NCBI GenBank assembly: GCA_964016885.1
Contig: OZ024741.1
Span: 12,276,001-12,340,000 of the forward strand
DNA: 64,000 nucleotides
Direction of reading: 5' to 3'
From: Eledone cirrhosa
Taxonomy: Eukaryota
A model generated the notes under the pieces. The model saw only the letters and a program-made list of their open reading frames with translations. It ran no database searches and was not told where the DNA came from. Made by a program: the position numbers and the translations under genes. Shown one piece after another: positions 1-10,700 of the stretch. The stretch's first letter is position 1; each line of letters begins with the position of its first letter.

Positions 1-3000
1 CTGCTACTTCTCTGAATTGAGAGATCACAGCTCTGATATTAATGGTATGTGGTTAGAATGTCTCAGGAGATCAGAGTGTCATTCCAGGTAAAGCTGCTAC
101 TTCTCCGAATTGAGAGATTACAGCTCTGATATTAGGGGTATGTGGTTAGAATGTCTCAGGAAATCAGAGAGTCACTCCAGGTAGAGCTGCTACTTCTCTG
201 AATTGAGAGATCACAGCTCTGATATTAAGGGTATGTTGTTAGAATGACTCAGAATATCAGAGAGTCACTCCAGGTAGAGATGCTACTTCTCCGAATTGAC
301 AGATCACAGCTCTGATATTAAGGGTATGTGGTTAGAATGTCTCAGGAGATCAGAGTCATTCCAGGTAGAGCTGCTACTTCTCCGAATTGAGAGATCACAG
401 CTCTGATATTAAGGGTATGAGGTTAGAATGTCTCAGGAGTTCAGAGAGTCACTCCAGGTAGAGATGCTACTTCTCCGAATTGAGAGATCACAGCTCTCAT
501 ATTAGGGGTATGTGGTTAGAATGTCTCAGGAAATCAGAGAGTCACTCCAGGTAACGCTGCTACTTCTCTGAATTGAGAGATCACAGCTCTGATATTAATG
601 GTATGTGGTTAGAATGTCTCAGGAAATCAGAGAGTCACTCCATGTAACGCTGCTACTTCTCCGAATTGAGAGATCACAGCGCAGATATTAGGGGTATGTG
701 GTTAGAATGTCTCAGAAAAACAGAGAGTCACTCCAGGTAGAGCTGCTACTTCTCTGAATTGAGAGATCACAGCTCTGATATTAAGGGTATGTGGTTAGAA
801 TGTCTCAGGAGATCAGAGAGTCACTCCAGGTAGAGCTGCTACTTCTCCGAATTGAGAGATCACAGCTCTGATATTAAGGGTATGTGGTTAGAATGTCTCA
901 GGAGATCTGAGAGTCATTCCAGGTAGAGTGGCTACTACTCCGAATTGAGAGATCACAGCTCTGATATTAAGGTTATGGGGTTAGAATGTCTAAGGAGATC
1001 AGAGAATCACAACAGGTAGAGCTGCTACTCCTCCGAATTGAGATATCACATCTCTGATATTAAGGGTATGTGGTTAGAATGTCTCAGGAGATCAGAGAGT
1101 CATTCCAGGTAAAGCTGCTACTTCTCCGAATTGAGAGACCATAGTTCTGATATTAAGGGTATGTGGTTAGAATGTCTCAGGAGATCAGAGAGTCATTCCA
1201 GGTAGAGCTGCTACTTCTCCGAATTGAGAGATCACAGCTCTGATATTAAGGTTATGGGGTTAGAATGTCTAAGGAGATCAGAGAGTCACTCCAGGTAGAG
1301 ATGCTACTTCTCCGAATTTAGAGATCACAGCTCTGATATTAAGGGTATGTGGTTAGAACGTCTCAGGAGATCTGAGGGTCATTCCAGGTAGGGCTGCTAC
1401 TCCTCCGAACTGAGATATCACATCTCTGATATTAAGGGTATGTGGTTAGAATGTCTCAGGAGATCAGAGAGTCACTCCAGGTAGAGCGGCTAGTACTCCG
1501 ATTTGAGAGATTACAGCTCTGATATTAAGGGTATGTGCTTAGAATGTCTCAGGGGATCAGAGAGTCATTCCATGTAGAGCTGCTACCTCTCCGAATTGAG
1601 AGATCACAGCTCTGATATTAAGGGTATGTGGGTAGAATGTCTCAGGAGATCGGAGAATCACTCCAGGTAGAGCTGCTACTTCTCCGAATTGAGAGATCAC
1701 AGCTCTGATATTAAGAGTATGTGGTTAGAATGTCTCAAGAGATCAGAGAGTCATTCCAGGTAGAGCTGCTACTTCTCCGAATTGAGAGATCACAGCTCTG
1801 ATATTAAGGGTATTTGGTTAGAATGTCTCAGGAGATGAGAGGGTCACTCCAGGTAGAGCGGCTACTACTCCGATTTGAGAGATCACAGTTCTGATATTAA
1901 GGGTATGTGGTTAGAATGTCTCAGAAGATCAGATAGTCAGTCCAGGTAAAGCTGCTACTTCTCCGAATTTAGAGATCACAGCTCTGATATTAAGGGTATG
2001 TGGTTAGAATGTCTCAGGAGATCACAGAGTCATTCCAGGTAGAGCTGCTACTTCTCCGAATTGAGAGATCACAGCTCTAATATTAAGGGTATGAGGTTAG
2101 AATGTCTCATGAGTTCAGAGAGTCACTCCAGGTAGAGATGCTACTTCTCCGAATTGAGAGATCACAGCTCTGATATTAGGGGTATGTGGTTAGAATGTCT
2201 CAGGAGATCAGAGAGTCTCTCCAGGTAGAGCTGCTACTTCTCCGAATTGAGAGATCACAGCTCTGATATTAAGGGTATGTGGTTAGAATGTCTCAGGAGA
2301 TCAGAGAGTCACTCCAGGTAGAGCTGCTACTTCTCCAAATTGAGAGATCACAGCTCTGATATTAAGGGTATGTGGGTAGAATGTCTCAGGAGATCGGAGA
2401 ATCACTCCAGGTAGAGCTGCTACTTCTCCGAATTGAGAGATCACAGCTCTGATATTAAGGGTATGTGGTTAGAATGTCTCAGGAGATCAGAGAGTCATTC
2501 CAGGTAGAGCTGCTACTTCTCCGAATTGAGAGATCACAGCTCTGATATTAAGGGTATTTGGTTAGAATGTCTCAGGAGATCAGAGAGTCACTCCAGGTAG
2601 AGCGGCTACTACTCCGATTTGAGAGATCACAGCTCTGATATTAAGGGTATGTGGTTAGAATGTCTCAGAAGATCAGATAGTGAGTCCAGGTAAAGCTGCT
2701 ACTTCTCCGAATTGAGAGATCACAGCTCTGATATTAAGGGTATGTGGTTAGAATGTCTCAGGAGATCACAGAGTCACTCCAGGTAGAGATGCTACTTCTC
2801 CGAATTGAGAGATCACAGCTCGGATATTAGGGGTATGTGGTTAGAATGTCTATGGAAATCAGAGAGTCACTCCAGGAAACGCTGCTACTTCTCTGAATTG
2901 AGAGATCACAGCTCTGATATTAATGGTATGTGGTTAGAATGTCTCAGGAGATCAGAGAATCACTCCAGGTAGAGCTGCTACTTCTCTGAATTGAGAGATC

Positions 3001-6000
3001 ACAGCTCTGATATTAAGGGTATGTGGTTAGAATGTCTCAGGAGATCAGAGTGTCATTCAAGGTAAAGCTGCTACTTCTCCGAATTGAGAGATTACAGCTC
3101 TGATATTAGGGGTATGTGGTTAGAATGTCTCAGGAAATCAGAGAGTCACTCCAGGTAGAGCTGCTACTTCTCTGAATTGAGAGATCACAGCTCTGATATT
3201 AAGGGTATGTTGTTAGAATGACTCAGAATATCAGAGAGTCACTCCAGGTAGAGATGCTACTTCTCCGAATTGAGAGATCACAGCTCTGATATTAAGGGTA
3301 TGTGGTTAGAATGTCTCAGGAGCTCAGAGTCATTCCAGGTAGAGCTGCTACTTCTCCGAATTGAGAGATCACAGCTCTGATATTAAGGGTATGTTGTTAG
3401 AATGACTCAGAATATCAGAGAGTCACTCCAGGTGGAGATGCTATTTCTCCGAATTGAGAGATCACAGCGCAGATATTAGGGGTATGTGGTTAGAATGTCT
3501 CAGGAAAACAGAGAGTCACTCCAGGTAGAGCTGCTACTTCTCTGAATTGAGAGATCACAGCTCTGATATTAAGGGTATGTGGTTAGAATGTCTCAGGAGA
3601 TCAGAGAGTCACTCCAGGTCGAGCTGCTACTTCTCCAAATTGAGAGATCACAGCTCTGATATTAAGGGTATGTGGTTAGAATGTCTCAGGAGATCAGAGA
3701 GTCACTCCAGGTAGAGCTGCTACTTCTCCGAATTGAGAGATCACAGCTCTGATATTAAGGGTATGTGGTTACAATGTCTCAGGAGATCTGAGAGTCATTC
3801 CAGGTAGAGTGGCTACTACTCCGAATTGAGAGATCACAGCTCTGATATTAAGGTTATGGGTTTAGAATGTCTAAGGAGATCAGAGAATCACAACAGGTAG
3901 AGCTGCTACTCCTCCGAATTGAGATATCACATCTCTGATATTAAGAGTATGTGGTTAGAATGGCTCAGGAGATCAGAGAGTCATTCCAGGTAAAGCTGCT
4001 ACTTCTCCGAATTGAGAGACCATAGTTCTGATATTAAGGGTATGTGGTTAGAATGTCTCAGGAGATCAGAGTGTCATTCCAGGTAAAGCTGCTACTTCTC
4101 CGAATTGAGAGATTACAGCTCTGATATTAGGGGTATGTGGTTAGAATGTCTCAGGAAATCAGAGAGTCACTCCAGGTAGAGCTGCTACTTATCTGAATTG
4201 AGAGATCACAGCTCTGATATTAAGGGTATGTTGTTAGAATGACTCAGAATATCAGAGAGTCACTCCAGGTAGAGATGCTACTTCTCCGAATTGAGAGATC
4301 ACAGAGCAGATATTAGGGGTATGTGGTTAGAATGTCTCAGGAAAACAGAGAGTCACTCCAGGTAGAGCTGCTACTTCTCTGAATTGAGAGATCACAGCTC
4401 TCATATTAAGGGTATGTGGTTAGAATGTCTCAGGAGATCAGAGAGTCACTCCAGGTAGAGCTGCTACTTCTCCAAATTGAGAGATCACAGCTCTGATATT
4501 AAGGGTATGTGGTTAGAATGTCTCAGGAGATCTGAGAGTCATTCCAGGTAGAGTGGCTACTACTCCGAATTGAGAGATCACAGCTCTGATATTAAGGTTA
4601 TGGGGTTAGAATGTCTCAGGAGATCAGAGAGTCACTCCAGGTAGAGCTGATACTTCTCCGAATTGAGAGATTACAGCTCTGATATTAAGGGTATGTTGTT
4701 AGAATGACTCAGAATATCAGAGAGTCACTCCAGGTAGAGCTGCTACTTCTCTGAATTGAGAGATCACAGCTCTGATATTAATGGTATGTGGTTAGAATGT
4801 CTCAGGAGATCAGAGTGTCATTCCAAGTAAAGCTGCTACTTCTCCGAATTGAGAGATTACAGCTCTGATATTAGGGGTATGTGGTTAGAATGTCTCAGGA
4901 AATCAGAGAGTCACTCCAGGTAGAGCTGCTACTTCTCTGAATTGAGAGATCACAGCTCTGATATTAAGGGTATGTTGTTAGAATGACTCAGAATATCAGA
5001 GAGTCACTCCAGGTAGAGATGCTACTTCTCCGAATTGAGAGATCACAGCTCTGATATTAAGGGTATGTGGTTAGAATGTCTCAGGAGATCAGAGTCATTC
5101 CAGGTAGAGCTGCTACTTCTCCGAATTGAGAGATCACAGCTCTAATATTAAGGGTATGAGGTTAGAATGTCTCAGGAGTTCAGAGAGTCACTCCAGGTAG
5201 AGATGCTACTTCTCCGAATTGAGAGATCACAGCTCTGATATTAGGGGTATGTGGTTAGAATGTCTCAGGAAATCAGAGAGTCACTCCAGGTAACGCTGCT
5301 ACTTCTCTGAATTGAGAGATCACAGCTCTGATATTAATGGTATGTGGTTAGAATGTCTCAGGAAATCAGAGAGTCACTCCAGGTAATGCTGCTACTTCTC
5401 CGAATTGAGAGATCACAGCGCAGATATTAGGGGTATGTGGTTAGAATGTCTCAGAAAAACAGAGAGTCACTCCAGGTAGAGCTGCTACTTCTCTGAATTG
5501 AGAGATCACAGCTCTGATATTAAGGGTATGTGGTTAGAATGTCTCAGGAGATCAGAGAGTCACTCCAGGTAGAGCTGCTACTTCTCCAAATTGAGAGATC
5601 ACAGCTCTGATATTAAGGGTATGTGGTTAGAATGTCTCAGGAGATCAGAGAGTCACTCCAGGTAGAGCTGCTACTTCTCCGAATTGAGAGATCACAGCTC
5701 TAATATTAAGGGTATGTGGTTAGAATGTCTCAGGAGATCTGAGAGTCATTCCAGGTAGAGTGGCTACTACTCCGAATTGAGAGATCACAGCTCTGATATT
5801 AAGGTTATGGGGTTAGAATGTCTAAGGAGATCAGAGAATCACAACAGGTAGAGCTGCTACTCCTCCGAATTTAGATATCACATCTCTGATATTAAGGGTA
5901 TGTGGTTAGAATGTCTCAGGAGATCAGAGAGTCATTCCAGGTAAAGCTGCTACTTCTCCGAATTGAGAGACCATAGTTCTGATATTAAGGGTATGTGGTT

Positions 6001-7037
6001 AGAATGTCTCAGGAGATCAGAGAGTCATTCCAGGTAGAGCTGCTACTTCTCCGAATTGAGAGATCACAGCTCTGATATTAAGGTTATGGGGTTAGAATGT
6101 CTAAGGAGATCAGAGAGTCACTCCAGGTAGAGATGCTACTTCTCCGAATTTAGAGATCACAGCTCTGATATTAAGGGTATGTGGTTAGAACGTCTCAGGA
6201 GATCTGAGGGTCATTCCAGGTAGGGCTGCTACTCCTCCGAACTGAGATATCACATCTCTGATATTAAGGGTATGTGGTTAGAATGTCTCAGGAGATCAGA
6301 GAGTCACTCCAGGTAGAGCGGCTAGCACTCCGATTTGAGAGATTACAGCTCTGATATTAAGGGTATGTGCTTAGAATGTCTCAGGGGATCAGAGAGTCAT
6401 TCCATGTAGAGCTGCTACCTCTCCGAATTGAGAGATCACAGCTCTGATATTAAGGGTATGTGGGTAGAATGTCTCAGGAGATCGGAGAATCACTCCAGGT
6501 AGAGCTGCTACTTCTCCGAATTGAGAGATCACAGCTCTGATATTAAGAGTATGTGGTTAGAATGTCTCAGGAGATCAGAGAGTCATTCCAGGTAGAGCTG
6601 CTACTTCTCCGAATTGAGAGATCACAGCTCTGATATTAAGGGTATTTGGTTAGAATGTCTCAGGAGATGAGAGAGTCACTCCAGGTAGAGCAGCTACTAC
6701 TCCGATTTGAGAGATCACAGTTCTGATATTAAGGGTATGTGGTTAGAATGTCTCAGAAGATCAGATAGTCAGTCCAGGTAAAGCTGCTACTTCTCCGAAT
6801 TTAGAGATCACAGCTCTGATATTAAGGGTATGTGGTTAGAATGTCTCAGTAGATCACAGAGTCATTCCAGGTAGAGCTGCTACTTCTCCGAATTGAGAGA
6901 TCACAGCTCTAATATAAAGGGTATGAGGTTAGAATGTCTCATGAGTTCAGAGAGTCACTCCAGGCAGAGATGCTACTTCTCCGAATTGAGAGATCACAGC
7001 TCTGATATTAGGGGTATGTGGTTAGAATGTCTCAGGA
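1..7037. repeat. Higher-order duplication: ~1-2205 repeated at ~4740-7037 (offset 4739, then 4832)
   Basis: Same ordered variants in both copies (aatgg, gagtgtc, gactcagaatatc, 2-bp deletion cagagtcatt, gagttcag, cagaaaaac, ctaagg, gaccatagtt, ctcatgagtt). 4739 = 51x93-4. The offset grows by 93 after an extra monomer near 5550-5640. Confidence 0.88.
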
Positions 7038-7743
7038 AATCAGAGAGTCACTCCAGGTAACGCTGCTACTTCTCTGAATTGAGAGATCACAGCTCTGATA
7101 TTAATGGTATGTGGTTAGAATGTCTCAGGAGATCAGAGAGTCACTCCAGGTAGAGCTGCTACTTCTCCAAATTGAGAGATCACAGCTCTGATATTAAGGG
7201 TATGTGGTTAGAATGTCTCAGGAGATCAGAGAGTCACTCCAGGTAGAGCTGCTACTTCTCGTAATTGATAGATCACAGCTCTGATATTAAGGGTATGTGG
7301 TTAGAACGTCTCAGGAGATCTGAGAGTCATTCCAGGTAGGGCTGCTACTTCTCCGAATTGAGAGATTACAGCTCTGATATTAAGGGTATGTGGTTAGAAT
7401 GTCTCAGGAGATCAGAGAGTCATTCCAGGTAGAGCTGCTACTTCTCCGAATTGAGAGATCACAGCTCTGATATTAAGGTTATGAGGTTAGAATGTCTCAG
7501 GAGATCAGAGAGTCACTCCAGGTAGAGATGCTATTTCTCCAAATTGATAGATCACAGCTCTGATATTAAGGGTATGTGGTTAGAATGTCTCAGGAGATCT
7601 GAGAGTCATTCCAGGTAGAGTGGCTACTACTCCGAATTGAGAGATCACAGCTCTGATATTAAGGTTATGGGGTTAGAATGTCTAAGGAGATCAGAGAATC
7701 ACAACAGGTAGAGCTGCTACTCCTCCGAATTGAGATATAACAT

Positions 7744-10700
7744 CTCTGATATTAAGGGTATGTGGTTAGAATGTCTCAGGGGATCAGAGAGTCATTCCAG
7801 GTAGAGCTGCTACCTCTCCGAATTGAGAGATCACAGCTCTGATATTAAGGGTATGTGGGTAGAATGTCTCAGGGGATCAGAGAGTCATTCCAGGTAGAGC
7901 TGCTACCTCTCCGAATTGAGAGATCACAGCTCTGATATTAAGGGTATGTGGGTAGAATGTCTCAGGAGATCGGAGAATCACTCCAGGTAGAGCTGCTACT
8001 TCTCTGAATTGAGAGATCACAGCTCTGATATTAAGAGTATGTGGTTAGAATGTCTCAGGAGATCAGAGAGTCATTCCAGGTAGAGCTGCTACTTCTCCGA
8101 ATTGAGAGATCACAGCTCTGATATTAAGGGTATTTGGTTAGAATGTGTCAGGAGATCAGAGAGTCACTCCAGGTAGAGCGGCTACTACTCCGATTTGAGA
8201 GATCACAGCTCTGATATTAAGGGTATGTGGTTAGAATGTCTCAGAAGATCAGATAGTCAGTCCAGGTAAAGCTCCTACTTCTCCGAATTTAGAGATCACA
8301 GCTCTGATATTAAGGGTATGTGGTTAGAATGTCACAGGAGATCACAGAGTCATTCCAGGTAGAGCTGCTACTTCTCCGAATTGAGAGATCACAGCTCTAA
8401 TATTAAGGGTATGAGGTTAGAATGTCTCAGGAGTTCAGAGAGTCACTCCAGGTAGAGATGCTACTTCTCCGAATTGAGAGATCACAGCTCTGATATTAGG
8501 GGTATGTGGTTAGAATGTCTCAGGAAATCAGAGAGTCACTCCAGGTAACGCTGCTACTTCTCTGAATTGAGAGATCACAGCTCTGATATTAAGGGTATGT
8601 GGTTAGAATGTCTCAGGAGATCAGAGAGTCACTCCAGGTAGAGCTGCTACTTCTCGTAATTGATAGATCACAGCTCTGATATTAAGGGTATGTGGTTAGA
8701 ACGTCTCAGGAGATCTGAAAGTCATTCCAGGTAGGGCTGCTACTTCTCCGAATTGAGAGATTACAGCTCTGATATTAAGGGTATGTGGTTAGAATGTCTC
8801 AGGAGATCAGAAAGTCATTCCAGGTAGAGCTGCTACTTCTCCGAATTGAGAGATCACAGCTCTGATATTAAGGTTATGAGGTTAGAATGTCTCAGGAGAT
8901 CAGAGAATCACTCCAGGTAGAGATGCTATTTCTCCAAATTGATAGATCACAGCTCTGATATTAAGGGTATGTCGTTAGAATGTCTCAGAAGATCAGAGAG
9001 TCATTCCAGGTAAAGCTGCTACTTCTCCGAATTGATAGATTACAGCTTTGATATTAAGGGTATGTGGTTAGAATGTCTCAGGAAATCAGAGAGTCACTCC
9101 AGGTAGAGCTGCTACTTCTCCGAATTGAGAGATCACAGCTCTGATATTAAGGGTATGTGGTTAGAATGTCTCAGGAGATCAGAGAGTCACTCCAGGTAGA
9201 GCGGCTACTCCGATTTGAGAGATTACAGTTCTGATATTAAGGGTATGTGGTTAGAATGTCTCAGGAGATCAGAGAATCAGTCCAGATAGAGCTGCTACTT
9301 CTCCGAATTGAGATATCACAGCTCTGATATTAAGGGTATGTGGTTAGAATATCTCAGGAGATCAGAGAGTCATTCCAGGTAGAGCTGCTACTTCTCTGAA
9401 TTGAGAGATCACAGCTCTGATATTAAGGGTATGTGGTTAGAATATCTCAGGAGATCAGAGAGTCATTTCAGGTAGCGCTGCTACTTCTCCAAATTGAGAT
9501 ATTACAGCTCTGATATTAGGGGTATGTGGTTAGAATGTCTCAGGAGATCAGAGAGTCATTCCAGGTAGAGATGCTACTACTCCGAATTGAGAGATCACAG
9601 CTCTGATATTAAGGGTATGTGGTTTGAATGTCTCAGGAGATCAGAGAGTCACTCCAGGTAGAGCTGCTACTTCTCCGAATTGAGAGATCACAGCTCTGAT
9701 ATTAAGGGTATGTGGTTAGAATGTCTCAGGAGATCAGAGAGTCATTCCTGGTAGAGCTGCTACTTCTACGAATTGAGAGATCACAGTTCTGATAATAAGG
9801 GTATGTGGTTAGAATGTCTCAGGAGATCAGAGAGTCACTCCAGGTAGAGCTGCTACTTTTCCGAATTGAGAGATCACAGCTCTGATATTAATGGTATGTG
9901 GTTAGAATGTCTCAGGAGATCAGAGAGTCATTCCAGGTAGAGCTGCTACTTCTCCGAATTGAGAGATCACAGCTCTGATATTAAGGGTATGTGGTTAGAA
10001 TATCTCAGGAGATCAGAGAGTCATTCCAGGTAGATCTCCTACTTCTTCGAATTGAAGATCACAGCTCTGATATTACGGGTATGTGGTTAGAATGTCTCAG
10101 GAGATCAGAGATTCATTCCAGGTAGAGCTGCTACTTCTCCAAATTGAGATATTACAGCTCTGATATTAGGGGTATGTGGTTAGAATGTCTCAGGAGATCA
10201 GAGAGTCACTCCAGGTAGAACTGCTACTTCCCCAAATTGAGAGATCACAGCTCTGATATTAACGGTATGTGGTTAGAATGTCTCAGGAGATCAGAGAGTC
10301 ACTCCAGGTAGAGCGGCTACTAATCCAAATTGAGAGATTACAGCTCTGATATTAAGGGTATGTGGTTAGAATGTCTCAGGAGATGAGAGAGTCACTCCAG
10401 GTGGAACTGCTACTCTCCAAATTGAGAGATCACAGTTCTGATATTAAGGGTATGTGGTTAGAATGTCTCAGGAGATCAGAGAGTCACTCCAGGTAGAGCT
10501 GCTACTTCTCCGGATTGAGAGATCACAGCTCTGACATTAAGGGTATGTGGTTAGAATGTCTCAGGAGATCAGAGAGTCAGTCCAGGTAGAGATGCTTCTT
10601 CTCCGAATTGAGAGATCACAGCTCTGATATTAAGGGTATGTGGTTAGAATGTCTCAGGGGATCAGAGAGTCATTCCAGGTAGAGCTGCTACCTCTCCGAA

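Noticed and set aside
39-56. Telomere-like motifs (ttaaggg, variant ttagggg, ggttag) and G-quadruplex potential
   Set aside because: These are isolated single hexamers, never tandem, and there is only one run of three or more G per consensus monomer.
47-91. Repeated 14-codon micro-ORF (consensus MWLECLRRSESHSR)
   Set aside because: An ORF this short is expected by chance. There is no visible synonymous bias or supporting expression signal.
1-93. Tandem tRNA, 5S, snRNA or spliced-leader gene
   Set aside because: No cloverleaf, no recognisable A/B/C boxes, no Pol III oligo-T terminator in the consensus, and no spacer between units.
44-93. Splice-donor-like g|gtatgt and cag|gtagag, and branch-like ttctaac on the minus strand
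   Set aside because: Short motifs with no matching acceptor or exon structure; they are repeated only because the monomer is.
1-93. Assignment to known satellites of similar length (rat satellite I 92/93-bp subunits, soybean CentGm 91/92 bp) or a CENP-B box
   Set aside because: Only the length is similar. I recognise no sequence match, and the consensus has one CpG whereas the CENP-B box core needs two. A database search is required.
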